IMG/VR virus record: IMGVR_UViG_3300037808_001516
Coordinates: 79,906 to 143,905 of that record
Strand: one strand, 5' to 3'
DNA length: 64,000 bases
Source: a virus
Shown: positions 18,633 to 28,544 of the stretch, piece after piece
Position numbering within the stretch: the first letter of the stretch is position 1
Layout: each line of letters begins with the position of its first letter
Program-made: the position numbers and the translations under genes
Notes under the pieces: generated by a model
The model's database searches: none
What the model saw: only the letters and a program-made list of their open reading frames with translations
Told to the model about the DNA's origin: nothing

Positions 18633-20405
18633 TTGGCTATTGATTTTAAAACCGCGTCCAATGATGATATTCAGAAACACATCCAGGGTATAGTTGACAA
18701 AGCAGTCAAGAAAGACAGGGACTCTAGAAGTGACTCGAAAGAACAAAAAGAACGATTCAGCAGACTGTACAAAGATGACGCTAAAGAGCTAGGGACGGTG
18801 ACTGAGCTATTAAAATCTATAAACGAGCAAACAAACATATATAGAAAATCTCTACAACAACTCGGTGGCGAAGGCGCCTTTTTTGTTAAAGGTGGTCCAC
18901 TGCAAGAAGGCCTGAACGCTACGATCAAAAAAATGGATGCGCTCACTGCATCACCCGAAAAGGGAGCAGAGGCATTTAAGCAGTTAACTGTACAAATAAA
19001 GAACTTTGCTCAACTGGCGAAGGCAACAGAGGACGCCCAGGGCGGTTTGGCTGCTTCATTGGCCGAACAAGCAGCAGTTCTCAATGATCTGGGGCTTAGT
19101 TATGGAAATTTTAGCAAGAACGTGGACTTTGCAATATATTCCATGGGTCAATCCCGCGGCGCCGTAGACGGCCTAAACACCTCCTTGGTGAATCTGTCAA
19201 GCCAAATAGGAATGCTGCCCGATGACGTATCGAGAAATTTTCAAATGGTCGCGAAAAACTTAGCATATAGTTTTCAAGGAATAAAAGAACAGTTTGTGGG
19301 AATCCAAAGACTCTCAGCAGAAACTGGTGTTTCTATTGACAACTTGATGGGCAAGTTCGGACAAAGGATGGATACTATATCAGGAGCATCCGAAATGGCT
19401 GCAAAGATTAACTCTCTCCTGGGAAAGAACGCGTTCAGCGCAACCGAACTTTTAACAATGACAGAAGAAGAAAGAATGACCTCAATCCGTGATGAATTGA
19501 TGGATTCAGGCGCCGCCAGCACAGCGCTCGGCGATGGAGTGCAAGGCAAATTTGCTCTACAATCCATAAACGAGGTCTTGGGATTGGGGTTAGATGATAC
19601 AAGAAGATTTCTACAAACAGGTGGCCTCAAGCAAGATATCACAGATAAGGTGAGTGGAGACTTCAACGCCGGCTCAATGGACAGCTTCACGAAGGCAACC
19701 GACAAATCAGCTGACGCCTTGGAGGACTTTACAAATATTATATTAAGGTTTATGACACCAGCACGAGAGCAAGCAATTAGATCAAGAAGGGAAGCAATGG
19801 AAAAACCCAGTACCCTCCTAGGAGTCGGAGTCTTTAGAGATTCGGGCGAAACAGGCGACATCAACACAGCGATGATAAATAACTTAGGCTTTAAAGACCT
19901 TATGTTTACTTACAATCAAGACAAAACCAAAGCCAACAACCTTGGAGTAGACGAAATTACGCTGAAAGGAATCGCCGCGAGTATAAACGCCGGAGGTGCC
20001 TCTGCACTTAAAGCCCAACAAGAAGCTAGAAATCTGAATATCATGTTAGGATCATCTTCAGCAATACGAGGAGGAATCAGTCCACTTCAACAATCAATAA
20101 TCGCCAAAACCCCTGAAAAGTTTGGCATGAGAGCAGCGCTGATAAACCAATTCCGCGGAGGAACAACCGCTGCCGAACTAGGTCTAGATGCAGACTCGAA
20201 GAAAGAAGACATCAGAGGTGCCTTCGATTCAACCACAGGCACTTTTAAAAAAGGAGGTGGGGCGGGCCCGCCTCAAGCTCAAACCCGGGTCCCAGTTTTG
20301 AGGCCGAATTTTTCATACAACCCGACGGTTAATGTCACTGTAAACGGAAAACCAGCTGAAAACGTGCTCGTTGAGCACCTTAAACCATTAGACCCCGACG
20401 AATAA
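18633..20405 (+). CDS. Tape measure protein (putative)
   Basis: Alpha-helical, Ala/Gly/Leu-rich; follows tube and chaperone; TTG start with GAGGAG RBS; late box at 18593. Confidence 0.7.
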   Translation: MAIDFKTASNDDIQKHIQGIVDKAVKKDRDSRSDSKEQKERFSRLYKDDAKELGTVTELLKSINEQTNIYRKSLQQLGGEGAFFVKGGPLQEGLNATIKKMDALTASPEKGAEAFKQLTVQIKNFAQLAKATEDAQGGLAASLAEQAAVLNDLGLSYGNFSKNVDFAIYSMGQSRGAVDGLNTSLVNLSSQIGMLPDDVSRNFQMVAKNLAYSFQGIKEQFVGIQRLSAETGVSIDNLMGKFGQRMDTISGASEMAAKINSLLGKNAFSATELLTMTEEERMTSIRDELMDSGAASTALGDGVQGKFALQSINEVLGLGLDDTRRFLQTGGLKQDITDKVSGDFNAGSMDSFTKATDKSADALEDFTNIILRFMTPAREQAIRSRREAMEKPSTLLGVGVFRDSGETGDINTAMINNLGFKDLMFTYNQDKTKANNLGVDEITLKGIAASINAGGASALKAQQEARNLNIMLGSSSAIRGGISPLQQSIIAKTPEKFGMRAALINQFRGGTTAAELGLDADSKKEDIRGAFDSTTGTFKKGGGAGPPQAQTRVPVLRPNFSYNPTVNVTVNGKPAENVLVEHLKPLDPDE

Positions 20406-20418
20406 TAGGAGGAATAAG

Positions 20419-21057
20419 ATGCCATTTTTTGATGAAATAGCGAAAAAAGCAGGACAGATCATAACATTTACATCTGTCGCGACAGGAGATGAAGTAAGCT
20501 TTCCAGCTTTTATAACACAGTTCAATGACAGTTACAACGTAGGATGGTCGGGAGACACGCTCTTCGGCCGTACTGATCCTGTGAAACATTACACGTCAAC
20601 AACCAGAAGAATAAACGCAGGTTTCGATATTCTTGCAAGAAATAGAGAAATAGCAGTGAATAATTTTAAAAACTATGGTAGACTAATACAGATGCTTTAC
20701 CCTGTTTTTAGCGAAAAAGTCGGACCAAGTGGCAACTCTAGGACGATTAAAGCTGCCCCGCTGATCAGGATCAAATACGCAAACTATATAAAATCCTCTG
20801 CCAGCCAATCAGGGCTTTTAGGATGCATACAGGGTTTTAGTTTTCAGCCTGACTTCGCCGCCGGACACTTCTTGACAGGAGAAAACGACATGATACCAGT
20901 AAAATACGCCGCATCAATTGTTTTTGAACCGCTGCACGAGACACCGCTCGGATCCAACATGCAGGGAGAATTCTTGACTGAAAACTTTCCCTACAACCAG
21001 GAGCCGGGTAGAAGAAAATCCCCCATGCCGGGCGATTTAACTAATATATTAACTTGA
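20419..21057 (+). CDS. Baseplate tube-initiator-like protein (gp48/gp54-like)
   Basis: FPAFITQFNDSY...GRTDPV..Y..T.R.I and APLIRI pattern; synteny. Confidence 0.6.
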   Translation: MPFFDEIAKKAGQIITFTSVATGDEVSFPAFITQFNDSYNVGWSGDTLFGRTDPVKHYTSTTRRINAGFDILARNREIAVNNFKNYGRLIQMLYPVFSEKVGPSGNSRTIKAAPLIRIKYANYIKSSASQSGLLGCIQGFSFQPDFAAGHFLTGENDMIPVKYAASIVFEPLHETPLGSNMQGEFLTENFPYNQEPGRRKSPMPGDLTNILT

Positions 21058-21068
21058 GGTAAGAAAGA

Positions 21069-21422
21069 ATGACTAAATGGAATGAAGGAGTAGAAAAAGT
21101 AGCAAACGACACAGATATCGTGAAACCTTTTCTAGATAAAATAGGTGTGACAAAGGTCAACCACTACAGTTTAGCCTTTTTTGGTGATCCTGTGGATGAA
21201 GAATTCTTAAAAGAGATAACTGTGACTACTCACATCTTCTCATCGGGAGATAAGCTAAGCAAAATAGCATATGATCACTATGGAGACCCTCGACTCTGGT
21301 GGGTCTTAGCTTGGTTCAACGCTAAGCCAACGGATTTTCACTGTAAAATCGGAGATGTGATAAGAGTACCAGAACCCCTACCAGAAGTTCTGCTGCAGGC
21401 TTACAAGAGGGATGAAAACTGA
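21069..21422 (+). CDS. LysM-type baseplate wedge protein (gp53/tail X-like)
   Basis: GDKLSKIAYDHYGDPRLWWVLAWFN...GDVIRVP. Confidence 0.85.
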   Translation: MTKWNEGVEKVANDTDIVKPFLDKIGVTKVNHYSLAFFGDPVDEEFLKEITVTTHIFSSGDKLSKIAYDHYGDPRLWWVLAWFNAKPTDFHCKIGDVIRVPEPLPEVLLQAYKRDEN

Positions 21423-21434
21423 CGGTAAAGTAAT

Positions 21435-23684
21435 ATGGCTAAAGAAAACAACAAAGAACCAACATTTTTTCCTCAAGGCTTTTTGGTCTACAAAAAAGCT
21501 TATGGGTCGATTTTAGATAAGAGCTTGTCTCTAAGCAGCCTGGGGCAAAACGGAAACACCTATACTCCTGTCGCAAAGCTAAAAGGAAACTACATGCCAG
21601 AAGTGGTTGTCTCAAGATTGGTTAACACTGACGGGGTATCTGTTGACAACCGGTTGTTGAACCTCGAAAACCACAAGCTCTCAGCCCTCGTTCCTGAACT
21701 CAGGCTTTATAGGGTCGTCGAAGGGGATTCTCAAGCAACTTTACCCTTCTATTTCCCCATCGCTGCAGAGTATGATTTTGATAGCGACGGTAAATTAAAT
21801 CTAAACAAGTCCAGCTTCTCTGCAAATGCAGCCGTCATAGAGAATTTTGGATTTACAATGTCTGGAGTAAACCCATATCAAGTAACAAGAAAGTTTTTAA
21901 ACTCACAACTGAGCATAAAAGTCGATAACCTTTCAGTGTTGTTCAATGAGAAACCAGGCTACGCGATGTTAGCAGACCTTTTCACAATCCGAGCCGGAGG
22001 TCGGCGAACAAACTTCCCGGGATCCGATAAGGCCCACACACCTGGCGCATTAGCATCCGGAAGAAGCTGCAGAGTAATAGCCACAGTGGGGTATTCTGTG
22101 CCAAGAGATCACAACATGTTTACAGCAGAGGAAATAATATCAATAGAACAAACAAAACAGATAATAAACCTTTACTATTCCGGTCATGATTTAACCGTCG
22201 CTGCAGACGGTGCAACATCAGTGTCAATAAAATATACAGGATATTTGGAAACCATAAAAGACGATTCTAGTTTTGATTTTCTATCTGACTCTTCCACTAA
22301 GGCTGGCAACCACCGCAGAGAATCCAAGACTGATAGAGCGGCGAAGAAGCTAAACAAATCACTTGGAAGAGAAGAAGATAAGAAGGGGGATGAAACAGAG
22401 GAGGACAAAAAGGAGAGACAAAAGAAAACACAAGACGACATCGCTGCAGCATTCCGAGAATTAATAAGCAACATGTACGAGCTGAAGAGGATACACAGGA
22501 CAGAATTTGACCCAACCTATTATTCTTTAACCAGCGCGGACTTTGCTGAGGAACAAGGGCCCCCTGCCCCACAACAACAAGCGGAAGAGAAGAATGAATT
22601 TTCAATTTTCAACAGACACGCGATTCATTACTTTACTTTTGGAGATTTTGTTGATTCGTACTTCAAAAAGATAGGCAACGATCTAGACGAAGCGATGAAG
22701 AAGAACGAACAAAAAAAGCCGAAATCTAAATCAAAAGAGGACTTGGATGAGGCGATTAAGAAAGCACAAAACGCCAAGGAGAGTTTGAAGGCATTAAATA
22801 TTTTAATGTGCGACATCAATGTACAAAGAAAGAAGGAGAGTTCTCAGGGTTATTCATTTATAGAGAACGTGGCAGATGTGCCTATATCTTTGGACACTTT
22901 CTACACTATGGTCTGGCATGCAATAAGAAAACAGACAATTGCGTTTTTCGATATGAAGTCTTTTTTGAAACTTTCTTTGGAGCTTCTAAATAGATCCCTT
23001 GATTATTTTCCGGGCGCCCCAATCATAGAAGATATCGAATACAAGATGTCTACCTATTCGTCTAGAAAATTGAAACAGAAGATCAACAAGGGCATAATAG
23101 ATATTGACCAGTCAGAAAAATCAGCAGGGTCTTTTACGAAAGGATCCATAAAGGATCTTGCAGAGTATATAGTGTTCCACCAGCAGCCCGCGAAATACTC
23201 AAAATCTCCAGGAAGCGGAAATAGAAACAAAGATTCAAGTTCAGGTATATTCCACCTACAGCCCAACAAAGACAGGGGGCTTTTGAAAAATGTCTCCTTC
23301 TCCAAAATCAGCCAGCCCGCTCGCGAGGCAAGTCTGGTTGTGGGTAATGGTGACCTTTATGACGAGCTGAGGATCCCCCACAACGCAACCGCAACTATGT
23401 TTGGAAACTTCATGTTCTTGCCAGGAAGCCAGGTTTATGTAGATCCGAATACTTTGGGATTTGGAAGTGTCAGAGACAAGAACTCAGCAGCACGTCGACT
23501 AGGGTTCGGAGGATATTACACAGTAGAAAGCGTGTCAACCTCCTTCGCCGGAGGTAAATTAGAGACGTCCTTGAGCTTGTTGTTTAACGCATTCCCGGAA
23601 ACTAACAGCCAACTTTCTTTGTCATCTAATTCGCTGAAATCAATCAACAAAGTAACAAACACGATGGGAGCTAAGAAACCATGA
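21435..23684 (+). CDS. Putative baseplate hub protein (gp27/late-control-D-like)
   Basis: C-terminal ATMFGN..FLPG..VYV...GGYYTVESVSTSF; synteny. Confidence 0.55.
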   Translation: MAKENNKEPTFFPQGFLVYKKAYGSILDKSLSLSSLGQNGNTYTPVAKLKGNYMPEVVVSRLVNTDGVSVDNRLLNLENHKLSALVPELRLYRVVEGDSQATLPFYFPIAAEYDFDSDGKLNLNKSSFSANAAVIENFGFTMSGVNPYQVTRKFLNSQLSIKVDNLSVLFNEKPGYAMLADLFTIRAGGRRTNFPGSDKAHTPGALASGRSCRVIATVGYSVPRDHNMFTAEEIISIEQTKQIINLYYSGHDLTVAADGATSVSIKYTGYLETIKDDSSFDFLSDSSTKAGNHRRESKTDRAAKKLNKSLGREEDKKGDETEEDKKERQKKTQDDIAAAFRELISNMYELKRIHRTEFDPTYYSLTSADFAEEQGPPAPQQQAEEKNEFSIFNRHAIHYFTFGDFVDSYFKKIGNDLDEAMKKNEQKKPKSKSKEDLDEAIKKAQNAKESLKALNILMCDINVQRKKESSQGYSFIENVADVPISLDTFYTMVWHAIRKQTIAFFDMKSFLKLSLELLNRSLDYFPGAPIIEDIEYKMSTYSSRKLKQKINKGIIDIDQSEKSAGSFTKGSIKDLAEYIVFHQQPAKYSKSPGSGNRNKDSSSGIFHLQPNKDRGLLKNVSFSKISQPAREASLVVGNGDLYDELRIPHNATATMFGNFMFLPGSQVYVDPNTLGFGSVRDKNSAARRLGFGGYYTVESVSTSFAGGKLETSLSLLFNAFPETNSQLSLSSNSLKSINKVTNTMGAKKP

Positions 23685-24793
23685 GTGAAATTTTCCGAGG
23701 CGGAGCCACCAATAACTTTGCAGATGAATATAATGAAAAGGTAAAATACAGAAACTTTCTTCTTCAGTCCGGGTATAGCTTTTTGGACACTCTATATAAA
23801 GATACGTTGTATGGTTTTATTAATCGGTCGTATGATGTCATCGCTCCGGTCCCAGATACGACAACCTTTGGAGATTATTCTGCAAATGCGGAAGGGTTGG
23901 TTTACGTTGTAAATCAATTTAACGATTTCAGGACATACTACCTGGAGAAGGCAGCCCAGGGAAACTTCACTGTTCCTGCGCTTATCACCGACCTCTCTCC
24001 ACGCGTCAGTTTTGAGGACTATGAGGTCAATTATTTCAGGTACTTGGACAGCTATAAGACATCGATGATACAGAAGGTCCCCACCGGCCGGAATACTGCG
24101 CCCTTGGGTTTTGAGCCATTTGTAAGGTTTTGCCATCAGAAAATCTTTGAAATAGACATGTTAGGGCTTCCAGCTACGAAGTCTGGTTTTATGCTATCAA
24201 ACAGCGCGGATGTTTACAACACAGGCCTCTACATAGATATGAGGCAAACCCCTGCCCGGGCAGTGGATCAACAAAGAGCGGACTTCATATCGGACGAAGG
24301 GTTTCCTTGTTTTATGGAGTTGGCAAATAAGTTTGGATTTTATGTTGATGGAAACTTCCCCTGGCGAATCGCGGTTAATCTCAATCACGAATATACGATA
24401 TCAAAATTGATGAATGGGCGCCCGACTCCTATGTTCCAAAACTTGTACTCAGACCAACACACCATGAAAGTCTGCTTAGATGACTACGACGCTATAATCA
24501 GAATGTATAAAGAGATGTACGTCGCATACAGCGAACTCAGGGGCACTCCTGTTCTTAGCGGCTTTGCAGACACCGCACCCCCGAAGTTATTTTTGGAAAC
24601 CCTTTTACTTCACAGGTTTAACGAGTTATCGATGATGAGGGATTACTCGGAAAACTCATATTTTAAAATAATTTTAAGAAATACTCTTGACATATTCGAC
24701 CGTTTCGGGTTAATATCTAATAGTGGAGCAATCGGATATATAGGTAACTTCTGTGCCCAACAGCTAAAAGATAAGATTTTAGGACAACAGTGA
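23681..24793 (+). CDS. Hypothetical protein (possibly baseplate-associated)
   Basis: ATGA overlap with the previous gene; FGFYVD.N.PWRI motif. Confidence 0.55.
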   Translation: MSEIFRGGATNNFADEYNEKVKYRNFLLQSGYSFLDTLYKDTLYGFINRSYDVIAPVPDTTTFGDYSANAEGLVYVVNQFNDFRTYYLEKAAQGNFTVPALITDLSPRVSFEDYEVNYFRYLDSYKTSMIQKVPTGRNTAPLGFEPFVRFCHQKIFEIDMLGLPATKSGFMLSNSADVYNTGLYIDMRQTPARAVDQQRADFISDEGFPCFMELANKFGFYVDGNFPWRIAVNLNHEYTISKLMNGRPTPMFQNLYSDQHTMKVCLDDYDAIIRMYKEMYVAYSELRGTPVLSGFADTAPPKLFLETLLLHRFNELSMMRDYSENSYFKIILRNTLDIFDRFGLISNSGAIGYIGNFCAQQLKDKILGQQ

Positions 24794-25920
24794 TATTACA
24801 GACACTAGACATAAAAGACAATTGCAAGGGCATCTTTCACAAAGGTGCTTTTTTGCTTGAAGATACGCAGCCAGCCATATCCAATTATTCTGTGGCATGG
24901 AAGCACTCCTCTTTGTTAGATGACGAGAAGTTTCGTTATTTGTATCTTTCTCTGAAGAGCGATGATTTGTCCGGCTATTGTCATGATCCTCATATATTCT
25001 CGACATACAAAAAGAAAATGTCAGCACAACAAAAAGCTGCAATTGCAGCAAAGATAAGTCTACAGGACGAGTGCTTTTTCGACCTACTGCCAAAACATCA
25101 ACTTACAAGGTGGTTCCAGCTCCGACAACAGGCCTTGGAAAATCTACACAAGGTGTCCAAAATAGAAGATGATTATGACATCCTTCATAAGGCACATGTC
25201 CTGACTTCTGAGATTGGCCGCCAAGATTTAATGTTCGAGGGCAAGAAAGGCAGAGTTCAATACAACATCTTTGGCTCGGCAACAGGAAGACTGACCACAA
25301 AGAAAGGTTCAGTGCCTATCATGACCCTAAAGAAGGAAGACAGGCACAAAATAACCCCTCAGAACGATGCTTTCGTGGAACTAGACTTAAACGCAGCAGA
25401 AGTAAGAACGCTAATGGCTCTATCAGGCCGAGAACAGCCGAAGGGGGACATTCATGAGTGGGTCGTGGAGAATGTGTTCAATGGAGAGATAGAGCGCTCA
25501 AAAGCAAAGGTAGAGCTGTTTGCGTGGTTGTATAATCCTTCGAGTTCGGAAAGTCGATTTGACGAATTTTTTTCGCGGCAAATTTTTCGAGATTTTTTTG
25601 CCCCTGAAGACCAGACGCTGAAAACTCCATTTGGCAGAGTCTTGGCGGTTGACGAAAGAAAAGCGCAAAACTACCTACTCCAATCGACGACATCAGATCA
25701 AGTACTTGAAAACGCGTACAAGATTATGAAGATGCTTAAGGGCAAAAAAAGCAAAATAGCATTTACACTACACGATTCGATTATTATTGACATGTGCAAA
25801 AAAGATGCTATAATGTTAAGAGACATAAAAAAACAGTTTGAAAAAACTCGATGGGGAAGTTTTATGAGCACATGCAAAATCGGTAAAACTTTCGCCGATC
25901 TAAAGGAGTTGAAGCTTTGA
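24790..25920 (+). CDS. Minimal family A DNA polymerase (polymerase domain only)
   Basis: SATGRLT, motif A DLNAAEVR, motif B RSKAKVELFAWLY, NYLLQSTTSD, motif C LHDS. Confidence 0.85.
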   Translation: MILQTLDIKDNCKGIFHKGAFLLEDTQPAISNYSVAWKHSSLLDDEKFRYLYLSLKSDDLSGYCHDPHIFSTYKKKMSAQQKAAIAAKISLQDECFFDLLPKHQLTRWFQLRQQALENLHKVSKIEDDYDILHKAHVLTSEIGRQDLMFEGKKGRVQYNIFGSATGRLTTKKGSVPIMTLKKEDRHKITPQNDAFVELDLNAAEVRTLMALSGREQPKGDIHEWVVENVFNGEIERSKAKVELFAWLYNPSSSESRFDEFFSRQIFRDFFAPEDQTLKTPFGRVLAVDERKAQNYLLQSTTSDQVLENAYKIMKMLKGKKSKIAFTLHDSIIIDMCKKDAIMLRDIKKQFEKTRWGSFMSTCKIGKTFADLKELKL

Positions 25921-26753
25921 AAAACATTTTGGGCATTGGAACCGCTGGCTGCAACATAGTAGAGCAGTTATCTGAATATCCTGTATACAAGTGCCACCAT
26001 ATTTCAAATGAAATAAAAAAAACTTCGAAGTATAAGTTTGCGCTGACAGAGCTAGACGGCCCTGAAGAGTACGAGTCAATGGACATGTCCAAGTTGCACA
26101 AGTGGCTCTCGACAATCGAGAAGAATTGCACTGTGTTTCTGTGCGGAGCATCAAACTCGGCCGGCATCACGCTTCGGGCACTACATGTACTACACCAGAG
26201 AGGTGTAAAAGTAGAGATAGTGTATTTCAGACCTGAAACAGAGGTCTTATCAGAGGAAAAAACTCTTTCTGAAAGGGCTTTCCGCGGCATTTTGCAAAAT
26301 TATGCTCGAAGTGGTCTTTTTGAGGGTATGCGCCTTATTTGTAATCTCCGTCTGGAAGAGATTGCCGGGTCAACAAACGTGTTCGAATATTACAGTCAAA
26401 TAAATCGAGTGTTCACAAACACCTATTATATGATAGATGTGTTTAAAAACACAAAACCAATCACGTCGACATTTAAGCGCCCAAAAGATTCTTGCAGGAT
26501 ATCAACAATAGGCCTCAGCGCTGTTGAGGGGGAAGAAAAGTTATTTTTTCCTTTCAATCAGGAGACGGAAGTGGTATACTATTATGGTATCAATGAAGAA
26601 AAGTTGAAAACTGAAGAGAACCTTTTCAGGACAATCACAGACAAAGTAAAAGAAAGAATAACAGATGAAACAAAAGTTTCATTTGGCATCTATCCAACGC
26701 AATATGAAGTAGATTACGTTTACGTGGAAAACTTCTCGCCAAAAATTCAATAA
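25917..26753 (+). CDS. Divergent tubulin/FtsZ-family protein (PhuZ-like)
   Basis: N-terminal ILGIGTAGCNIV loop; degenerate GASNSAG where GGGTGSG is expected; CN..L and YSQIN at later tubulin loop positions. Confidence 0.7.
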   Translation: MKNILGIGTAGCNIVEQLSEYPVYKCHHISNEIKKTSKYKFALTELDGPEEYESMDMSKLHKWLSTIEKNCTVFLCGASNSAGITLRALHVLHQRGVKVEIVYFRPETEVLSEEKTLSERAFRGILQNYARSGLFEGMRLICNLRLEEIAGSTNVFEYYSQINRVFTNTYYMIDVFKNTKPITSTFKRPKDSCRISTIGLSAVEGEEKLFFPFNQETEVVYYYGINEEKLKTEENLFRTITDKVKERITDETKVSFGIYPTQYEVDYVYVENFSPKIQ

Positions 26754-26760
26754 GGGACAC

Positions 26761-27450
26761 ATGTTTCAAGCAAATATTTCAGATCTACGTTCAGATCGAC
26801 AGAAGCTTAATTATAATCTAGCTATCGATTCGAAATTCGAAAAAGGTGTAAACCCAGAGGCCCTCAATCGACTGTGTGAATACCTTAGCATGACAAAGGA
26901 AGAGGTGGTATTGAAAGCATCTCGTGACGAGGCTTTTGAAAAGACCGTTGCTATGTATGTCTCGATAAACGCTAGTAGGCAAGGTACAAAAGACGAAGCG
27001 TTCATTGTCCAAGGTATTTCTCGTGAGGTTAAGAAATATGGTATCGATATTAGAAACTATACCACTAACGAAAAGGTGCCAATCCGAGAGAGCAGCCAGG
27101 TCTTGCCAAGATCGCAAGCTAAAAAGAAACACGACAGTCATCTTTTGATGAAATCATTTGACTTTGGCGGTAAGATATGTGATAATAGGAGAATAGAAGG
27201 TTTTGCAAAAGTATGCCTTGGGTCAGGAGGACACCAGGATAACGTATTTCACGAAGCTTCTGAATTCATGAAATGGGCTTCAGAATACGGCAGCAAAAAC
27301 ACAATCTATACCGTTTTGATTGACACCGATCAAGAGAAAATTTTCAACAACTTAAAGAATCTAGAAGAAGAATTAGGAAAACAAAATTTATGGGTAGCAA
27401 GCCACAGAGAACTCCAAGAAAGATTAATCTCTCTAAAAAACGAGAACTAG
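26761..27450 (+). CDS. Putative restriction endonuclease-like protein
   Basis: KSFDFGG..IEGFAK..GGHQDNVFHE is compatible with a PD-(D/E)xK variant; adjacent to an MTase. Confidence 0.5.
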   Translation: MFQANISDLRSDRQKLNYNLAIDSKFEKGVNPEALNRLCEYLSMTKEEVVLKASRDEAFEKTVAMYVSINASRQGTKDEAFIVQGISREVKKYGIDIRNYTTNEKVPIRESSQVLPRSQAKKKHDSHLLMKSFDFGGKICDNRRIEGFAKVCLGSGGHQDNVFHEASEFMKWASEYGSKNTIYTVLIDTDQEKIFNNLKNLEEELGKQNLWVASHRELQERLISLKNEN

Positions 27451-28544
27451 GCCAATTCTATACTACGAAGTACGACTACATCTTAGAAGGCATGAGTATT
27501 CCTGCGCGATCCAAGGTTATCGAGCCTTTCGTAGGAGCAGGGGACCTTTGCCTATGGGCACACCAGAATGGAGTTGATGTAAGCGAGGTAGAGTGTTATG
27601 ATATTGACCCACCATCGACTCTACGACTTGAGTTTGATATTCTAGTTCGCGACACTCTGAAGAGTCCGCCTGATTATGACAACAAATTCATATTAACCAA
27701 TCCGCCATTTCTTGCAAAAAACAAGGCTAAGCAGTCGGGATACGAAGATATATTTACTCGATGGGCTACAAATGATTTGTATAAATGCTTTTTGGAGTCT
27801 TTGATTGAGCAGGATCCTGCAGGTGGCGTGGTGATTTTGCCTCTTAATTTTTTCTGTGATGATAGAAAAGTCGAAACGAGAGATAGGTTCATTAATAAGT
27901 TTTCTATAAAGAGGGTCAACATTTTCGAGGAACAGGTGTTTGCAGATACGACGTATACCATTTGTTCAGTCGAATTTGAGAAAAGGTCCAGTCCTGTCCT
28001 TCCTGTTATAGACATAGACACTTATATTTATCCAAGAAGAGAAAATATCAAGATGTCCGTTTCTAGCTCCACGAAGTGGAAGGTAGGTTCAGAAGTACTC
28101 GCACGGAAGCAGAGTGAGTATAAAGTTTCTAGATTGACCCATTCAATGGTGTTTGATGATTGTGTTAGGAATAAGACCTTAAATCCAGAAAAAGAAAATA
28201 AAGTCACAAATATCTTGCTAAAATGTGTTGATGGTGGTAAGATGGATTCTAGAATAAAGTTGGAGTGGAACAAAGTGCCTCTTTTGGCAAAAGATACTGA
28301 CAGAGCTTTCTGTACTGTTGTTATCGACCCGCCAATCTCCAACAAAAAACAAAAAAAACTTATTGACAAATTTAACAAAAAGTTAGAAAATTATAGAAGC
28401 AAATATAACAGTCTGTTTTTGGTGAACTATAGAAACTCATCAAAATCATATGCAAGAAAGAGAATGTCTTTTGACATAGCATTTAACTTAATCAAAGAAT
28501 GTCTAAACGAGTTAGACAAGAAGGAGAAAAAAAATGAGCAATGA
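27390..28544 (+). CDS. N6-adenine DNA methyltransferase, gamma class
   Basis: Motif X LGQFYT, motif I IEPFVGAGDL, motif IV TNPPF, DLYKCF, ILPLNF. Confidence 0.88.
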   Translation: MGSKPQRTPRKINLSKKRELGQFYTTKYDYILEGMSIPARSKVIEPFVGAGDLCLWAHQNGVDVSEVECYDIDPPSTLRLEFDILVRDTLKSPPDYDNKFILTNPPFLAKNKAKQSGYEDIFTRWATNDLYKCFLESLIEQDPAGGVVILPLNFFCDDRKVETRDRFINKFSIKRVNIFEEQVFADTTYTICSVEFEKRSSPVLPVIDIDTYIYPRRENIKMSVSSSTKWKVGSEVLARKQSEYKVSRLTHSMVFDDCVRNKTLNPEKENKVTNILLKCVDGGKMDSRIKLEWNKVPLLAKDTDRAFCTVVIDPPISNKKQKKLIDKFNKKLENYRSKYNSLFLVNYRNSSKSYARKRMSFDIAFNLIKECLNELDKKEKKNEQ

